Shown here: positions 12,525 to 26,565 of the stretch, in pieces
Layout: each line of letters begins with the position of its first letter
How positions within the stretch are numbered: the stretch's first letter is position 1
DNA from: Eledone cirrhosa
Taxonomy: Eukaryota
Direction: 5' to 3'
Length of the DNA stretch: 64,000 nt
Assembly (NCBI GenBank): GCA_964016885.1
Contig: OZ024740.1
Coordinates: 185,814,001 to 185,878,000, forward strand
Program-made: the position numbers and the translations under genes
The notes under the pieces: generated by a model
The model's input: only the letters and a program-made list of their open reading frames with translations
Told to the model about the DNA's origin: nothing
Database searches by the model: none

Positions 12525-13802
12525 ATGTGTGTGTGTGTGTGTGTGTTCGCTATTTTATGCAAACATTTTTATCTCAGCAAATATATAACTAAATTATGTA
12601 CTAAATTATTACACATGGAGTATATAAATTAGTATATCAGAGGTTTCGTAACGAAATCAATGTTTGAGTCAAACGATTACGATTTTGAGTATAGCTCACC
12701 GTTTTCGTGTATAGTATAATTATTTACTGTGCATCACTGCATTCCACCCAGCCTCTACCATTTTATTTTGCTATAGCTCATACGTTAAAATGCAGTTTTT
12801 AATACATTAACAAATACATATAACTACGCATTTCAGAATCAATTAGTTTCTAAAAAATAAATACATAACGATATAAGTTAATAATCAAATATATATGACG
12901 TGACAAATAACCTTGTATAACTGGTGAACGTACCGTGTATTAGCCACGACGTACATCGATATGCTCCTCAAAACATTTACTTTGAAACGCAAGGTAACGA
13001 AGCTAACCATAATTGCATTAATACGTAAAAAATCTATATTTCTCCCATGAAAATAACGACCGACTCTATTTTAGTTGTGATACTTATACGTTTCATAGCT
13101 ATTTTGAAAAAACAGAGAACTGTGTTTTTATTCAATTCATCGTAACCTATTAGTTGACATATTACTGGCATATGAGGGAACCATTAAGCAGCTGTTTTAT
13201 TCACTGGAGCGAGTGCTCAAATCCCTCTCCCTTGTTTACAAATGGGGATGATACAATGGTCTACGTATCATATATATACGAAAGGTAGCTCGGTTATGGG
13301 TTGAAGGGTTTTTAGATCGGGGCTAACCTGGAACTAAATGTCCTCAGCAATAACAGGTAATTCCAAATTATGTTAAGTAAAATAATATGAAACGTGTATT
13401 GAGTTTGACACTGTGTAGTACAAAATGTTATTAAAATCAATTTTGTATTGTAATAATAATTTGTTTACTTTTCCGTATGTATCAAAACAGTTGCATTTAA
13501 TCATAGGAGCTAGGAGTAAATAGAAATTGTAGAAGTGTAGAAACGCTTTAACGCAGGTAAACGGCCGTGTACACAGATTTAGACTATCGAGTAAAATACA
13601 CCTATAGGCGACAAAATGCGACATTGCATCTCTCACGGCTCTGTACCATTGATACAAACGACACTTGACGACAGTTACCGTCTTAAATAAAGCTAAATAT
13701 CGGATTTACAACGTGACAAGATTTTTGTACATAAACATTGTAGAAAATCTCAAACGTAGGAAAATAACTGTGAACACACCTTTATAAACACAGTAACTGT
13801 TA

Positions 13803-14209
13803 TCAGGGGTCGTTTAGCTTAATGTCACAGAGCGCTCAGCTGAAATTTGATAGTTCTAGAGTTCACGTCTCTGTAGTGGCTGACGAAAACGTTTTCCGTC
13901 CGTAAGGGTAATGTACCCGATTTTCTAAATCTATGACCTCCTATCTCTCCTGATCTGAATCAGTTGGAATACTACATATGTGGCGTAGTAAAGCAAAGTC
14001 CGACATAATGAGACCGGGTAAAATATCCAGAATAGATAAAGATCATCTGATTCGGGCATATCAATGTTTCAGATCTCGTAATGTATTAGTCACGGATGCT
14101 AACATAGGATTCATAGAGGATATGTGTCATGAAGCGTCTCAATATTATTAATCCTATTTGTTTTTCTGAAATAAATACAAATGTCCTCAAAGATCTGAGG
14201 AATCCTGTA
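13803..14209 (+). mobile_element. Internally deleted Tc1/mariner (DD37D-like) relic
   Basis: Decayed *PPISPDLNQLEYYICGVV and DKDHLIRAYQCFRSR..GFIE; ends resemble CAGGG.../...CCTG-TA; same family as 39400-40560. Confidence 0.7.
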
Positions 14210-15184
14210 GAAAAGTACTTTCTTTTCTGTAAAGATTTTGAAATGTATATATGTCATCATGATAATGGAAATGAATTAAAGTAACTTACCAAAATAATAA
14301 CTTGATGAAATTGGCTAAACAGAATGAAGACCATTATAGATATGAAAGTAAATAATAAGCTTCTGGAAAGTTAAATATAACTCAAGAATATTTTTTCTTG
14401 AGTCTATATTTTCCTGCGAATTAAATCATATTAAATGTATTCGACGAAATAAGCAGACAATATGAATTGGACTGGGAACAACGTAAGACGTAAGTCAGAC
14501 ATGAAATAGATCATATATATTTGAATAGAGCAGTTCATAAGAATTATCTTTGTCGGAGATACTGATAACTCTTTTGCATATTATATTATCCACGTATGTG
14601 GTATTCTCTTAAAAGTAATGTACATCTGTGTTAACTATCTTAATAACAGCTGCCTCTCCATTCCAAGCCAATATTTCTATTCAGATTGAAATGGTTCCAT
14701 TCTCTATATATGTGTGCATCTAAATCGTAGTGCATATAGCAAATTCCAGTTTTATTTTCAGAAGCAATTTATCTGTCGCCAGTATGTCCTATCAATATAC
14801 CTTTTGGCTCAGCAAGCGCATTCTATTAAATATTTTCCAAGAATAGATTATCGCGCTTTGTCAGTTGAAGCAACATATGTATTAAACGATGAACACCGAT
14901 CTGTTTTAGAAATGTTATATAGCTTCCTCTCAAATTAATCTTTTTTTTTTCCTCTATCGCAGCGGAAGTATTGAGCTACTACATTAATGGAGTAGCTTTG
15001 GGGTTTGGATCAAATAATTCTTTGTTTTCTTCTCCAGCATTTCTGCTCTTTTTATTCTTTTCATGGGATATATCTCCAAAAATAAAGTTGGAATACCATG
15101 CTAAACGTCTGCAAATTCTATTCAAATATTTAGTAGATTTGATGAAGTAACGTGTCGTTTTGTCATTTATTATTTTTAGCTTAC

Positions 15185-15374
15185 GGGTGGTGAATTGGCA
15201 GTATCGGTAGAGGGTCGGACGCCATGCTTTGCAGCATAGTTAGGTCCCTTTACGGTCTGAGTTCAAATCCTGTCGAGGTTAACTTTGCCTTTCATCCTTA
15301 CGGCGTCGATAAAATAAAGTACCAGTAATGCACTGGGATAATTGCTGGTCTCGTGCTAAAAGTAGAAACAATTA
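15185..15374 (+). mobile_element. tRNA-derived SINE (Meta-like core)
   Basis: Same A box, B box, core and AAAGTAGAAACAATT tail as 9771-9956. Confidence 0.93.
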
Positions 15375-16081
15375 TTTTTAACTTACATACAATGTCGATA
15401 GAAATGTTTCCATCTGTGGAATACCAAGGTGAATGTTTTATTGAAACTTATAGAAAATTATTCTGTAACGCAGTAATTTGAGTTCAAATAACCATTGGTT
15501 AAATTTGGTCTTACATCTATACTTACCTTCAAGCGAATATATGTGTTCAAATAAAATGATACTGTTACCTTAGATGAAATGTTTAAATTAGCTTCATGGG
15601 TGGATGTTTGATTCAGGTTTTGATATTTCACACTGAATTTCTTCTCTTCGCATTCTTAGAGAAATAATATATTGGCTTTCATTCTCTAGAGTAGTTGAGG
15701 ATAAAATATGACTGGTGTAAATGAACGAAAGCTGTTGCTAGAAATGCGGAATAAATATTTGCAAATATAAGGCCTTCAGTTAGTGATAGTGCTAATCAGA
15801 ATATTTTTGCGGAACATTTATAAGAAGCAGACGCGATTAAATAGTCAATACATTGATCTATTGGGATATTATATATGTGATTAAGAGTTTCCCTTCCCAT
15901 ATGTGAGGTCTATCTGACAGCATGCACATTCTAGAAAGAAGAACACTTTGTATTCAATTATAGGTGCATTGAGCTAAGCATGATTCTTCTGCCACGGAGG
16001 TTGAGTTGCTTGTGCTGAAAAGATCTTCAAGCAATAAGTGATATGAAACATTAGTAGTGTACCACCTGATGTCATGCATGA

Positions 16082-16365
16082 AGCTGCATAGTCAAATGGT
16101 TGGTATGCTTTGCGTATGATCGTAATGTCGTCGGTTCGATTTTTAGACAGACTGTGTTGTGGTATAGGTCAAAACACAATATTTCACATTGCACCAGTAC
16201 ACTCAGCTATGGATGAGTACCAGCTGTAGCTGGGGAGTTAGATTCTGCGATAGACCGGTGTCCTCTCGAGGAAAAGTGTTGAGCTCTCAGTCACTTAACA
16301 CCAAGGAAACTGAGAACAAGCACCAGTCTGATGAGCCTACGTCTTAGAAAAGATATTAAATTTAA
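16082..16365 (+). mobile_element. Older tRNA-derived SINE of a second family
   Basis: TAGTCAAATGGTT..GGTTCGATT head, then CACTCAGCT..ATGAGTACCAGC and CTGCGATAGACCGGTGTCC segments. Confidence 0.6.
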
Positions 16366-16473
16366 CTTACATCACGCTTGACAGCTGTAACGTTCTCGAT
16401 CAAGGATGAAATGCAATGCATTTACAATATTTCCTTTAAATCAGATCCTAAGAATAAGGAACAGACGCATTTA

Positions 16474-16664
16474 CTAATTGTTTCTACTTTGGCACAAGGC
16501 CAGCAATTAATCCAGTGTATTACTGGTATTTATTTTATTGACCCCGTAATGACGAAAGGCAAAGTTAACCTCGGCGGAATTTGAACTCAGAATATAAAGG
16601 ACCATAACCCTATGCCACTAATCATGGCGCCCGATGCTCTACTGATTCTAACAATCCACCGCCC
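16474..16664 (-). mobile_element. tRNA-derived SINE (Meta-like core)
   Basis: Reverse-complement homology to 15185-15374. Confidence 0.9.
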
Positions 16665-16944
16665 TTTTAATATGTAGCCTTATATGCACATATGGTGACT
16701 CAACTCTTATGACTGGAATGGGTAAGCTATGCACCATTTGCCTACTGTTTATACGTTAGAGACAAGAAGAGAGGATGTGGAAACTTCAAAAATTTGACAT
16801 GTTAAATAAATTGAATTAATGATTATGATGTATGTCTATTCATCCTCATGTATTGAAAAATCTGAGCAAAATGGTATTCTGAATTCTTCAGATGTCAACG
16901 TCATCGGCTATCATCCGTTCTCAACCGGTTGCATATTATTAACA

Positions 16945-17052
16945 ATCCCGCTGAGGTTAACTTTTCCATTCATCCTTACAGGGTCGATAGAAGAAAGCAC
17001 TAGTATTGTACTGGGATAATTGCTGGCCTTGTGCTAAAAGTAGAAACAATTA
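16945..17052 (+). mobile_element. Partial SINE (3' half)
   Basis: CCCGCTGAGGTTAACTTT..CATCCTTACAGGGTCGATA..GCTGGCCTTGTGCTAAAAGTAGAAACAATT. Confidence 0.85.
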
Positions 17053-17354
17053 TAAACTGCTATATTTTCTGTCGTTTGTCGTCATTATACTTTAACTGTA
17101 ATTTATGTATTCCAATTCAGTATATTTTTCACTTATGTCAATTTACATAATGTTTGGTTTCTGTTTTCCAATTCACTTTGCGTATCATTAATTCGTGAAT
17201 ACCATGTTTTCTATATAAGGATCCAATTTTTGTTTTGTAATGTCTAATCTCTAATAATAGTAACTTGTTATTTGCCATTTCTACTACATCATCATTGGAT
17301 TCCTATGCCTTCCATGATTTTCTTACATGTCTTATATGCTGAAGAACATTCACA

Positions 17355-17473
<119 letters not shown>

Positions 17474-17790
17474 CCACACACAAACAACCCCAACACACAT
17501 GGATTATATGGATACATATAGCTCTGACAGACAAACCGACTAACAACTCTTCTTTTATAATATAGATTGTTACTGTAGGGTTTGGAGCTAAACACATTAT
17601 AGCTGACGATAGGAAGAGGAATGTGTTAAATACATTGTAGTGGATGAACGCTTTATGCATCATTTCATGCGTTTGATCTTCTTTTAAGAATTTACTTCAG
17701 AATAGATGGATGTGTCCATCACTTCCAAAGGCTCCCTGGAACTGGTGGGAGCGATGCACTGGATCATTCTTTTTCTTAGCAGCTACATGA

Positions 17791-17833
<43 letters not shown>

Positions 17834-17848
17834 AGTGAGTGTGTGTGC

Positions 17849-17931
<83 letters not shown>

Positions 17932-17954
17932 TGTGTGTATGTGAGTGTGTGTGT

Positions 17955-17989
<35 letters not shown>

Positions 17990-17990
<1 letters not shown>

Positions 17991-18391
17991 GGTAAACAGA
18001 AAAAGACAAAACAAGACACCACACTACAAGAAAGAAATATATTAGTTTAACGCTTAAAATAGCAGGAAGAGGGTTTTAACGTTTCGGACACTAGTGCTTC
18101 ATCAGAACAACGCCTGAGAAATTGAAGAAGAATAAAAAATTTTGAGGAGACGGGCAGGACGGAATCGGAAAAAGGATTTATAGAAAAATGATAGAAGACA
18201 ATAACTGATAATTGAAAATCCACTTGTGATTTAACGATGATACCCCATGTGTTATTCGGATCACATGATGGAAGACACAATTCCAGGGTGTAATCTGTAG
18301 GGTATGATACTGGTAGTTGAAGACCATGAAAATCACAGAACATAAATATTCAATTCAGACGGAATGACCGAAGTGTTTACTTAGCTAAAAC

Positions 18392-18395
<4 letters not shown>
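17990..18395 (-). mobile_element. PLE-type terminal fragment with hammerhead motif (18073-18111)
   Basis: Minus strand GTTGTT-CTGATGA-AGCACTAGTGTCC-GAAACGTTA-AAAC, between (TG)n and (TA)n. Confidence 0.65.
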
Positions 18396-18442
<47 letters not shown>

Positions 18443-18446
<4 letters not shown>

Positions 18447-18894
18447 TTATTGACTGTATTGACTCCTGCATTGTACACTAATTTTCTTTGCTTATAACTT
18501 TTTTGCCTGTATTTTTTCTGCTTATACTTTTCGCTTATACCTCCTACATTTTCAACCAGCCCTGCCTGTAATTGTGTACTCTCAAACGGAACATCTTTTT
18601 AACACCTCACTCTCCACACGATGCCTATGACACTTATAACAATTATGTACCCTAAAAGTTCTAAATGAGTAGGATTTTAATCACATGTTTCGACATTCCA
18701 TATGCTCCGATGATATCAGACTTCCCTCTGGAAGAAACAATTGTCAGCAGATAAATGTTCTAATCTAAACTAAAATTTGATCGTTCTAACACTTATATGT
18801 GTCCAGTAATACGATATCATTTCATCCCATTGATAACGCATTTCGTTTCTCTTAATTCTCCCCACAGAGGTGTCATGAAAAACAATCTGCATGT

Positions 18895-18898
<4 letters not shown>
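18443..18898 (+). mobile_element. PLE-type pLTR with hammerhead motif (18703-18749); 3' part inverted at 20763-20866
   Basis: TGCT-CCGATGA-TATCAGA..TCTGGAA-GAAAC-AATT-GTC-AGCA (U4>C); 18797-18898 is the reverse complement of 20763-20863. Confidence 0.72.
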
Positions 18899-18989
<91 letters not shown>

Positions 18990-20170
18990 AATTCAAAGGG
19001 ATATATGTATATAATTAGACATAGTCACATATACATATATATGACCCCGGCTACCCCTCACGATGTGGCCCAATGAAGAATTAATTAAGCAAATAATTAT
19101 CAATGAGAGCTATATATAAAATTGCAAGTTTTAAGAATTATTAGATAAAATATATACAGTATTTCCTCTCCCTAGTCCGTATAAATCAACCACATAAATA
19201 ATCATTTAAACGAGGCTATAAGTTTAAAATGTAGCTATGGAGAAATAATAGACAAATGATATAGACTATCTTCCGCGAGGGACAGCCAGATAAAATGTAC
19301 CTAGTCATTCCTTTTAGCCCGTAGAAGTTGACTAGACAAATAATAAACTACACGGAGTTACGTATAAAATAGAAGTTTGAAGAAAAAATGCATATAAACT
19401 TTATCAACATTTCTCTAGTCTCGACTACCGGTAGTTTCGTTCCTTTTCTGTGGATATACCCGATCCTGGATATATCCAATAGGCTTGGAACTCATCATGA
19501 GACACCTCGAGTCTGGACTAACATTTTTACTGTGATCCCCGCCAGCTAATTATTCTTCAAACTTGCAATTTTATATATAGCCCTGATTGATAATTATTTG
19601 CTTAATTAATTCTTCATTGAGCCACACCGCGAGGAGCAGCCGGGTTCATATATGTATCTGTGACTATGTCTAATTATATACATATATCCATTTGAATGTA
19701 TTATATACTCCCGTAAGGTTGAGTAAAACTTTAGGCAGTATCTGGCTGAGCTTTCTAGCAACCAGCCTACTCGCCGACTGGCAACCAATCACAACTGTCT
19801 GCCTTGACTGCTAGCCACGTGATAGTTCTTAGCCATTTTTGAATTCATTTCTGGCGGGGATCACTGTAGAAATGTTAGTCCAGACTCGAGGTATCTCATC
19901 ATGAGTTCCAAGCCTAGTGGATAGATCCAGGAGCGGGTATATCTGCAGAAAAGGAACGAATCTGCCGGTAGTCGAGACAAGAGGAATTTTGGTAAAGTTT
20001 ATATGCATTTTTTCTTCAAACTTCAATTTTATACCTAACTGCGTGTAGTTGATTATTTGTCTAGTCGATTTCTACGGGCTAAAAAAAATGACTAGATACA
20101 TTGTATCTGGCTATCGCTCGCGGAAGATAGTCTGTATCATTTGTCTATTATTTCTTCATAGTTACATTTT
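18990..20170. repeat. Interleaved double inversion A-B-A'-B' with a hammerhead motif in B and B'
   Basis: A ~18990-19140 / A' ~19548-19697; B ~19226-19546 / B' ~19851-20170. Minus strand 19418-19503 reads GTCTC-ATGATGA-GTTCC...GGAAC-GAAAC-TACCGGTA-GTC-GAGAC. Confidence 0.85.
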
Positions 20171-20790
20171 AGTTACAATGCAACGAAAGAATGCATCGCC
20201 TCTGTGGGCTAGAGTCTGAAGTGTGTTAGTGAATTGCTTCAGGGTAACCACTTGACTATCCTTTCTTTTGGATGCAGTCGATAAAGTATGTGTATATTGT
20301 CACATATGAGATCAAGACTCCAATGTGTGTTTCGCATGAGTGTTTGGGGGATGGTATAGTAATGTTTAGCTCCAAAGATGTAAGCTAGATGTTTTATGAG
20401 GTTAAAGTGAGAGGGAGCGTTATAGTTCAAAATGAATAGACTGATATTTAACGCAGTGTCAATAGTAATATCATCCTATTGAATCAGACTTAGTCAATCA
20501 GCCTATAATGCCGGTATATATATATATAAATATATCAAGACAATCTCGAGAATATGTGTTTATTTTAAATGTTTGATGCCAATTGATAACTGTATAGGAT
20601 CGCTAACTGGTAAAGATACTTGAATTGCCTAGTCATTTAGAGACATTTTAGTCTTTTCAGTAGCTTTGTCAATATCTGTATGTAACCTTTCTATGAGAGA
20701 TTATGAAAAATTTTTTAAAGAGGATTTTAGGACTTTGTGCAGGAAAACTGGGAATGTGGGAATGAGACATACATATTGCTTTTTCATGAC
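20170..20790 (-). pseudogene. Highly decayed GIY-YIG-like PLE ORF remnant
   Basis: Follows the inverted pLTR piece. Fragments QTFKINTYSRDC and IPQTLMRNTHWSLDLICDNIHILYR..EAI loosely resemble the PLE linker and GIY-YIG C-terminus. Confidence 0.35.
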
Positions 20791-22389
20791 ACCTCTGTGG
20801 GGAGAATTAAGAGAAACGAAATGCGTTATCAATGGGATGAAATGATATCTTATTACTGGACACACAAGTCGAAAAAGCTAAGTAGTAGAAGACATAAATG
20901 AGACATGAAGGCAACGGGAGTTCATAAAATATGGATCCGAAAGGTTTCCTTTAAGGGGGAGATGAAATTCATGATCCAAGATATAACAGCTGGTTATAGG
21001 TTATTAGCACTTAAACTTATCACCGTCACAGCTGATGATTCATTGAGATAGCAAAATATAGAATAATTCACAAACGCTAGAGTTCACTGTTAAGTGGTGT
21101 TGAAAAGTAAGTCGTTAGTTGATCTGTAAATGCTGATGTTTTATTTGCAGGCAATACATTGGGAAATGGCTACAAGACGATAGCATAAATATATGTATAC
21201 AGCATCGATTCTCTGATCAGTTATTTTGCGTTTTAATGCAACTTGAAGTAGCACTCATAAAAGTTGGTGATTTTTTACAGAATGAAAACTCATCATCCTA
21301 CATATAAATAATTGGTTATCGGGAATTAAGCTGTCTGTTTTCAGATATATACATGCACACACACACTCATGCATATATACGATATATAAAGTGCATTTCA
21401 TTTCTTTATATATACATACATACACACACGCACATCAAACACACACACACACACACAAAAAACGCACATACACCCCCCCCCATATATATATATATATGCG
21501 TGTGTACATACATATATATGTGCATATGCGAATGTGTATCCCGTAATAACTTCATATAGACACATACATATTAAATAAACCATTATGAGTCATGATAAAT
21601 ATGTGTAGAGCAAATTTAAATATGCACACACGTGATTGGGTTACAAACGTGCGTTATAATACAATTTTGCTTCATGTAAGATTAACATTATCAGCCTGTT
21701 TCATTATATAGAATTCAATTGCTTTTCTCATTTAGGTATTTCTGTTGGTTTCGTTAAACATCTAGAGACAAATATTGATTCATAAGTTGATTTCATAATT
21801 GGTAGATGATATTATATTTGCTGTTATTTTGAATCATTGCTAATGATTTGTTTGGCACATAGTTGTTTTTAAAGTTGATGTGTTTGGCTTCTATACCTTC
21901 TTAAATATTACATTTACTACGGAAGTTAAAATGAAATATCGATAAAATTGCGTTTATTATCATAGTTGTTATGTTATTATTCTTGTTCTTGTTTTATTAT
22001 AATAATTATTATTGTTAGTTTTATTATTGTTAATAATATTAATAATAATAAGAAGAACAATAATAAAATTAATAATAATAATATTTAATTGAATAATTAA
22101 TTAATAATTTCCACTTAAAAAGATTCTCAGTAACTTTTATTATGGACATTTAAATACATTGCATAGACTTTGACATCTGCGACATTTAATTCTTTAAAGT
22201 AGACATTGTGGTTACTTCACGTTTTAAGAATGAATTACAACTTTACATGTTTTATTTTCCTTGCAAGTACAGGAGATTCATTGGTCAATTCTAGATTTAG
22301 TAAAATATATAAAAATATTCACTTAAATATGGTCGTGGTAAGTTTAATATCGACAGCTATTTACTGATTAGATGTGTCTGAAATAATGG

Positions 22390-22598
22390 TTTCAGATTTA
22401 GGCACAAAGCCAGCAATTTGGTTAGAAGGGAAAGCGGATTGTATCGTCCCCAGAGCGTGAATGGTGCTTTATCTTATCGAACCCTTAAGAATGAAAGGCA
22501 AAGGAAACATCGGTTGGATTTGAACTTAGACCGTAAAGGGCGTAACTCTATGATGCACATCATGGTACCCAACATTCTACCGATACTGCCAAACCACC
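22390..22598 (-). mobile_element. Diverged SINE (Meta-like core)
   Basis: TAGGCACAAAGCCAGCAATT..ATGAAAGGCAAAG..GGATTTGAACT..CTACCGATACTGCCAA. Confidence 0.8.
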
Positions 22599-22677
22599 AT
22601 AATAAGACACTGCATATGCGGATACTTTAGAGTGGATTCATCCTTCTGCTTTTTAGGAAAGCATTTTCCTAAAATGC

Positions 22678-22790
22678 CCTTTGGATTAGTGGTTAGAGAG
22701 TTGAATTCACAATCGAGAGCTTGTGAGTTCGATTTCCGAGTCGGGCGATACGTTATGTCCTTAATCACGACACTGCGTTGCTTCTTCTGC
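22678..22790 (+). mobile_element. tRNA-derived SINE head fragment
   Basis: TGGATTAGTGGTTAGAG..GAGTTCGATTTCC A/B boxes; no tRNA 3' acceptor strand. Confidence 0.6.
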
Positions 22791-24309
22791 CAGGAGTTGC
22801 AGCCGGTAGATAATATTAGCAATTGGAAACACCAATAGAAAATGTGCTTCTTTCGACCTATCTCACCTCTCCTTTCAGTAAGTGAATGATGTTTGGGATA
22901 CTGTCAATCGCTTCGTCCTTCATTACATATTTTTGAATCGAATACTGTTTTAGTATATTCTATACTAGTTGGTAAAAGCATTCTGTATTCTAATTGAAAT
23001 AATAGTATCGGTGAAATAAAAGCACATTTGCGCGTGATGTTCTAGTTCAACGCAGAAAATCTGTTTAACGTCACGAGATCGAAGTTAGTGTATAGCGATA
23101 CCTGCTCAGAAAGGAAATTATCCTCGCAGTGATCAGCCTGAGCTAAATTTATTGGAAGCAAATGTCATGAAATGTTTTATCCCATATTTAAGAGGCATCT
23201 ATTCTCTTTATTCATTTAACCATTTCCTAGATATAAGGCTTTTACGTCTTCATGTAAAATCTATATCATGTCCATGTACGTATGTGTACCGGAATGTACA
23301 TCTATGAAATAACCTTGCTTACATATATGTTTATAAATTCAAGTAAAATTATCTTTCATTGCAAATAATTGCCGGTATCTGCCACGTCCATTTAGCAAAG
23401 TTTTAATCAGTATATTCCCTAACTCACAAGGCTTCATTTTAGCAGTTAAAATCTGTACACCATATGATCAAAAGTTGAGTGCGCACAATAAATAGAATAA
23501 AATGTAAAAGTAATGTACTCTATCGATTTATTTAAATTTTCAGTAGATGTTCAACTTGTTACATTCAAACGTCAAATAAATGGAACATGATCTAATAAGC
23601 GAATATGTATTTTAAAATGTTCCATTGAGTTAAATGTTAATATCCATATCAGGTTCGTAATTGATTCGCTTATCTGATTTAAACTAAAATTCGAATACAT
23701 GTCGAGAAACATTTTGATAGCAATACTTCATTAAAGACAAAAATGCAGTTGTATTCTCTTATATATTCAACCAAAATACTGGAGAGTACATATTCATTAT
23801 ACTAATTCCTATAAATGAATTCTTTTTGCGATATCATTCGGCGTCTTTCTAATTAGAAGTATATAATAATATTCATAAGTAAGTAAATAACATACTATAA
23901 TATTACATGCTGCCCAAATGAACACTTCATTTAAAAGTTGTCGCCTGATTCCAAAATAAAAATAATATACATTTTGTAAGTTCTATTATAGATTCATCAT
24001 ATAGACACCTCACGTCAGGTTGAGATTAACTGAATGGATATTTGCATATATTCGTGGATAGAGTTGGTTCGGAGTCGTTTTATGTGTGTTTATGTTATAT
24101 AGATAGATAGATATAGATATATCAGTATCGTAATCAAAAACAGTACGTAGATATGCCCAGGCAGTAAGGAAGCCACCAGTCTGATCGATTCCAAAGTCGC
24201 GCAATATTGATACTGATTGTACATTGAGCAGATCGATCGGAGAACGCGCGTCGTACGTGAATAAATATAATGATGATATTTTGACACCACCTACCTACTC
24301 TACACTTTA

Positions 24310-24367
<58 letters not shown>

Positions 24368-24387
24368 ATTGTTGTTGTGGCTGATGT

Positions 24388-24850
24388 TGTTCTTCTTCCT
24401 CTTCTTTTTCGGAGGCTTGTTGTGACACAATCCTTAATCACGCCTTCCAAATTGTGGTGTCAAATACACATACCTCTCTTCTGATAATCGTTTGGTGAAG
24501 CTGAAACCTTGTTGCTTCAACTCCTACACCATTTGAATTCAGCCCCTTGTCTTCCATCACTCATGAAAGCGGCCTCGAGATACTTGAAGTCCTTCACTTA
24601 TTTCAGTAGAATTCAATTCACATGTAGTGTGTACTGCACTGACTCCCTTGAGGCAATGGGTATCTCAGTCTTCGCAGCGCTAATTTTCATTCCTGTCGTG
24701 GGGCACTTGGTTGCAAACCTATCCCGTGCGTGTTGTAGATCATTTTCCGGTGAACAAGGTATTACCACGACGTTTGCAAACTCCAGCCGACTGATTCAAC
24801 ACCCCTCAGTCTTCAGACCATTTCTAAACTGACTGCACATGACAATCCTG
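24388..24850 (-). mobile_element. RTE-clade LINE RT fragment
   Basis: Minus strand NDLQHARDRFATKCPTTGMKISAAKTE and VKDFKYLEAAFMSDGRQ. Confidence 0.75.
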
Positions 24851-25435
24851 TTCATAAGGTTTCTGACCAGGAGATGTAATAGTACGCACTCTTAGCTGTA
24901 TAGGGCATCCGTATTGAATGGTTTTGACTTAGCACCATATTTTCAACAAAAACTCTAGAGTATTCGTATAGGGCCGTCATGGCACCAAGACTATGTCCCT
25001 CAATTCCATTCTCCTGCACAAACCCTCTGTGTGACACCCTTCTTCTCACCAGCCTCATTACGGCGAGTACTTGATATGTAAATCGTGTATATTGACAACA
25101 TTGGGGAGATTGTGATGAACTTGTCACAACTGACAGGTCTTCCCGACAATGTGTTTGGAAAGCATCTTACAACTGGTTGCCATACTTATCACCAACCAAT
25201 TTTCAGCATTCATTTGCCGTCTCGTTAACCAACGCAAGGGAACTTGTCACGCCGTTGATAAAACTAAAAGGTTATTTCAACTCCTTTGGCATTCCTTCTA
25301 CAGTATACTTCTTACCGCCGACTACCTTACAGGGTTTACTGGGATTACTGTCGGTTAATGTCCCAACTGAAATGCCCTCTCTGCTCAGCTGTTGTAGAGG
25401 TGTGGAAGAGCACGAAAATTAGCATGTGGAAATGA

Positions 25436-25518
<83 letters not shown>

Positions 25519-26474
25519 TTATGTAAGTGCGTAATATATAATGGTGTTACAATGGGCCTACACGTGTTGGGTCGTATTCCAGATTTATGGGGGCTTATTT
25601 GGCAGAGTGTAACCAAAATTGAGTAGGATTTAAGTCTCTGCTGCACAATTTATATAAAGTTCATTGGCATATTACAATCATTTGAATATCGATCAGCTCA
25701 GAGTAGAATCATAATGAGGGGGGGACCCTACTCTGCCCCGAGAAGTCGCGAGAGAATTGTGCCTCGGTCATAACGATTGTATCCTAAGCTGATAGAAACT
25801 GTAACGATGGTAATGAGCCAATAAAGTTTATATATATGGTACAACATTGATTTCATTATATAAATATAAATTTGCGAGAATCGCATTTCGACTTTTGGAA
25901 ATTAGCAAAAAACAACTTCCGAGATGTGTGGCAAATGCTCCATAGAAACGAGTGAACTAGAGCAACAACATACGTTAATAGGTCAAACACACTGAGACGA
26001 TGGTTAAGCCATTAACCGCAAAGCCATAGAAGCGACCAAGCTATTCAGGTCAAACAAATAATAAAATATGATTGAAAATTATACCCGACCCCCTGGAAAC
26101 GGTGGTAAAATCCAATATTTTTCAAATCCTAAATCAGGTACTGTCTGCTTAAACAAATAAGGTTAAGCTTTTGGTATGATGATCGAACAAGGAAGTCACT
26201 TTTTCAACAGGAATTTAGTTCTATGCAAAGCTAAGAAACTGACCGTTATCTGAACCCACGTGGGGGGTTAGAAGGGAGACGGCCCCTAGACTTGGCGGAT
26301 GAATTCAGTATGTGTGATTATTGCAAAGTTGCAAAATATCACAAAACGAATTAAGCTCTAGACACAATATATGTATATATATGTATGTATGTATGCATGT
26401 ATATACGTATGTATGTATGTATTTATGTATGCCTATATATATATATATATACATACATATATATATACATACAT

Positions 26475-26565
<91 letters not shown>

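Noticed and set aside
22678-22750. tRNA gene
   Set aside because: A/B boxes are present but there is no acceptor stem; it continues into SINE-like body.
24143-24256. Additional hammerheads here and at ~26690-26745, ~37950-37980 and ~63720-63755
   Set aside because: Only half-motifs (e.g. GAACGCGCGTC-GTAC) survive and the cores are too decayed to call; not counted.
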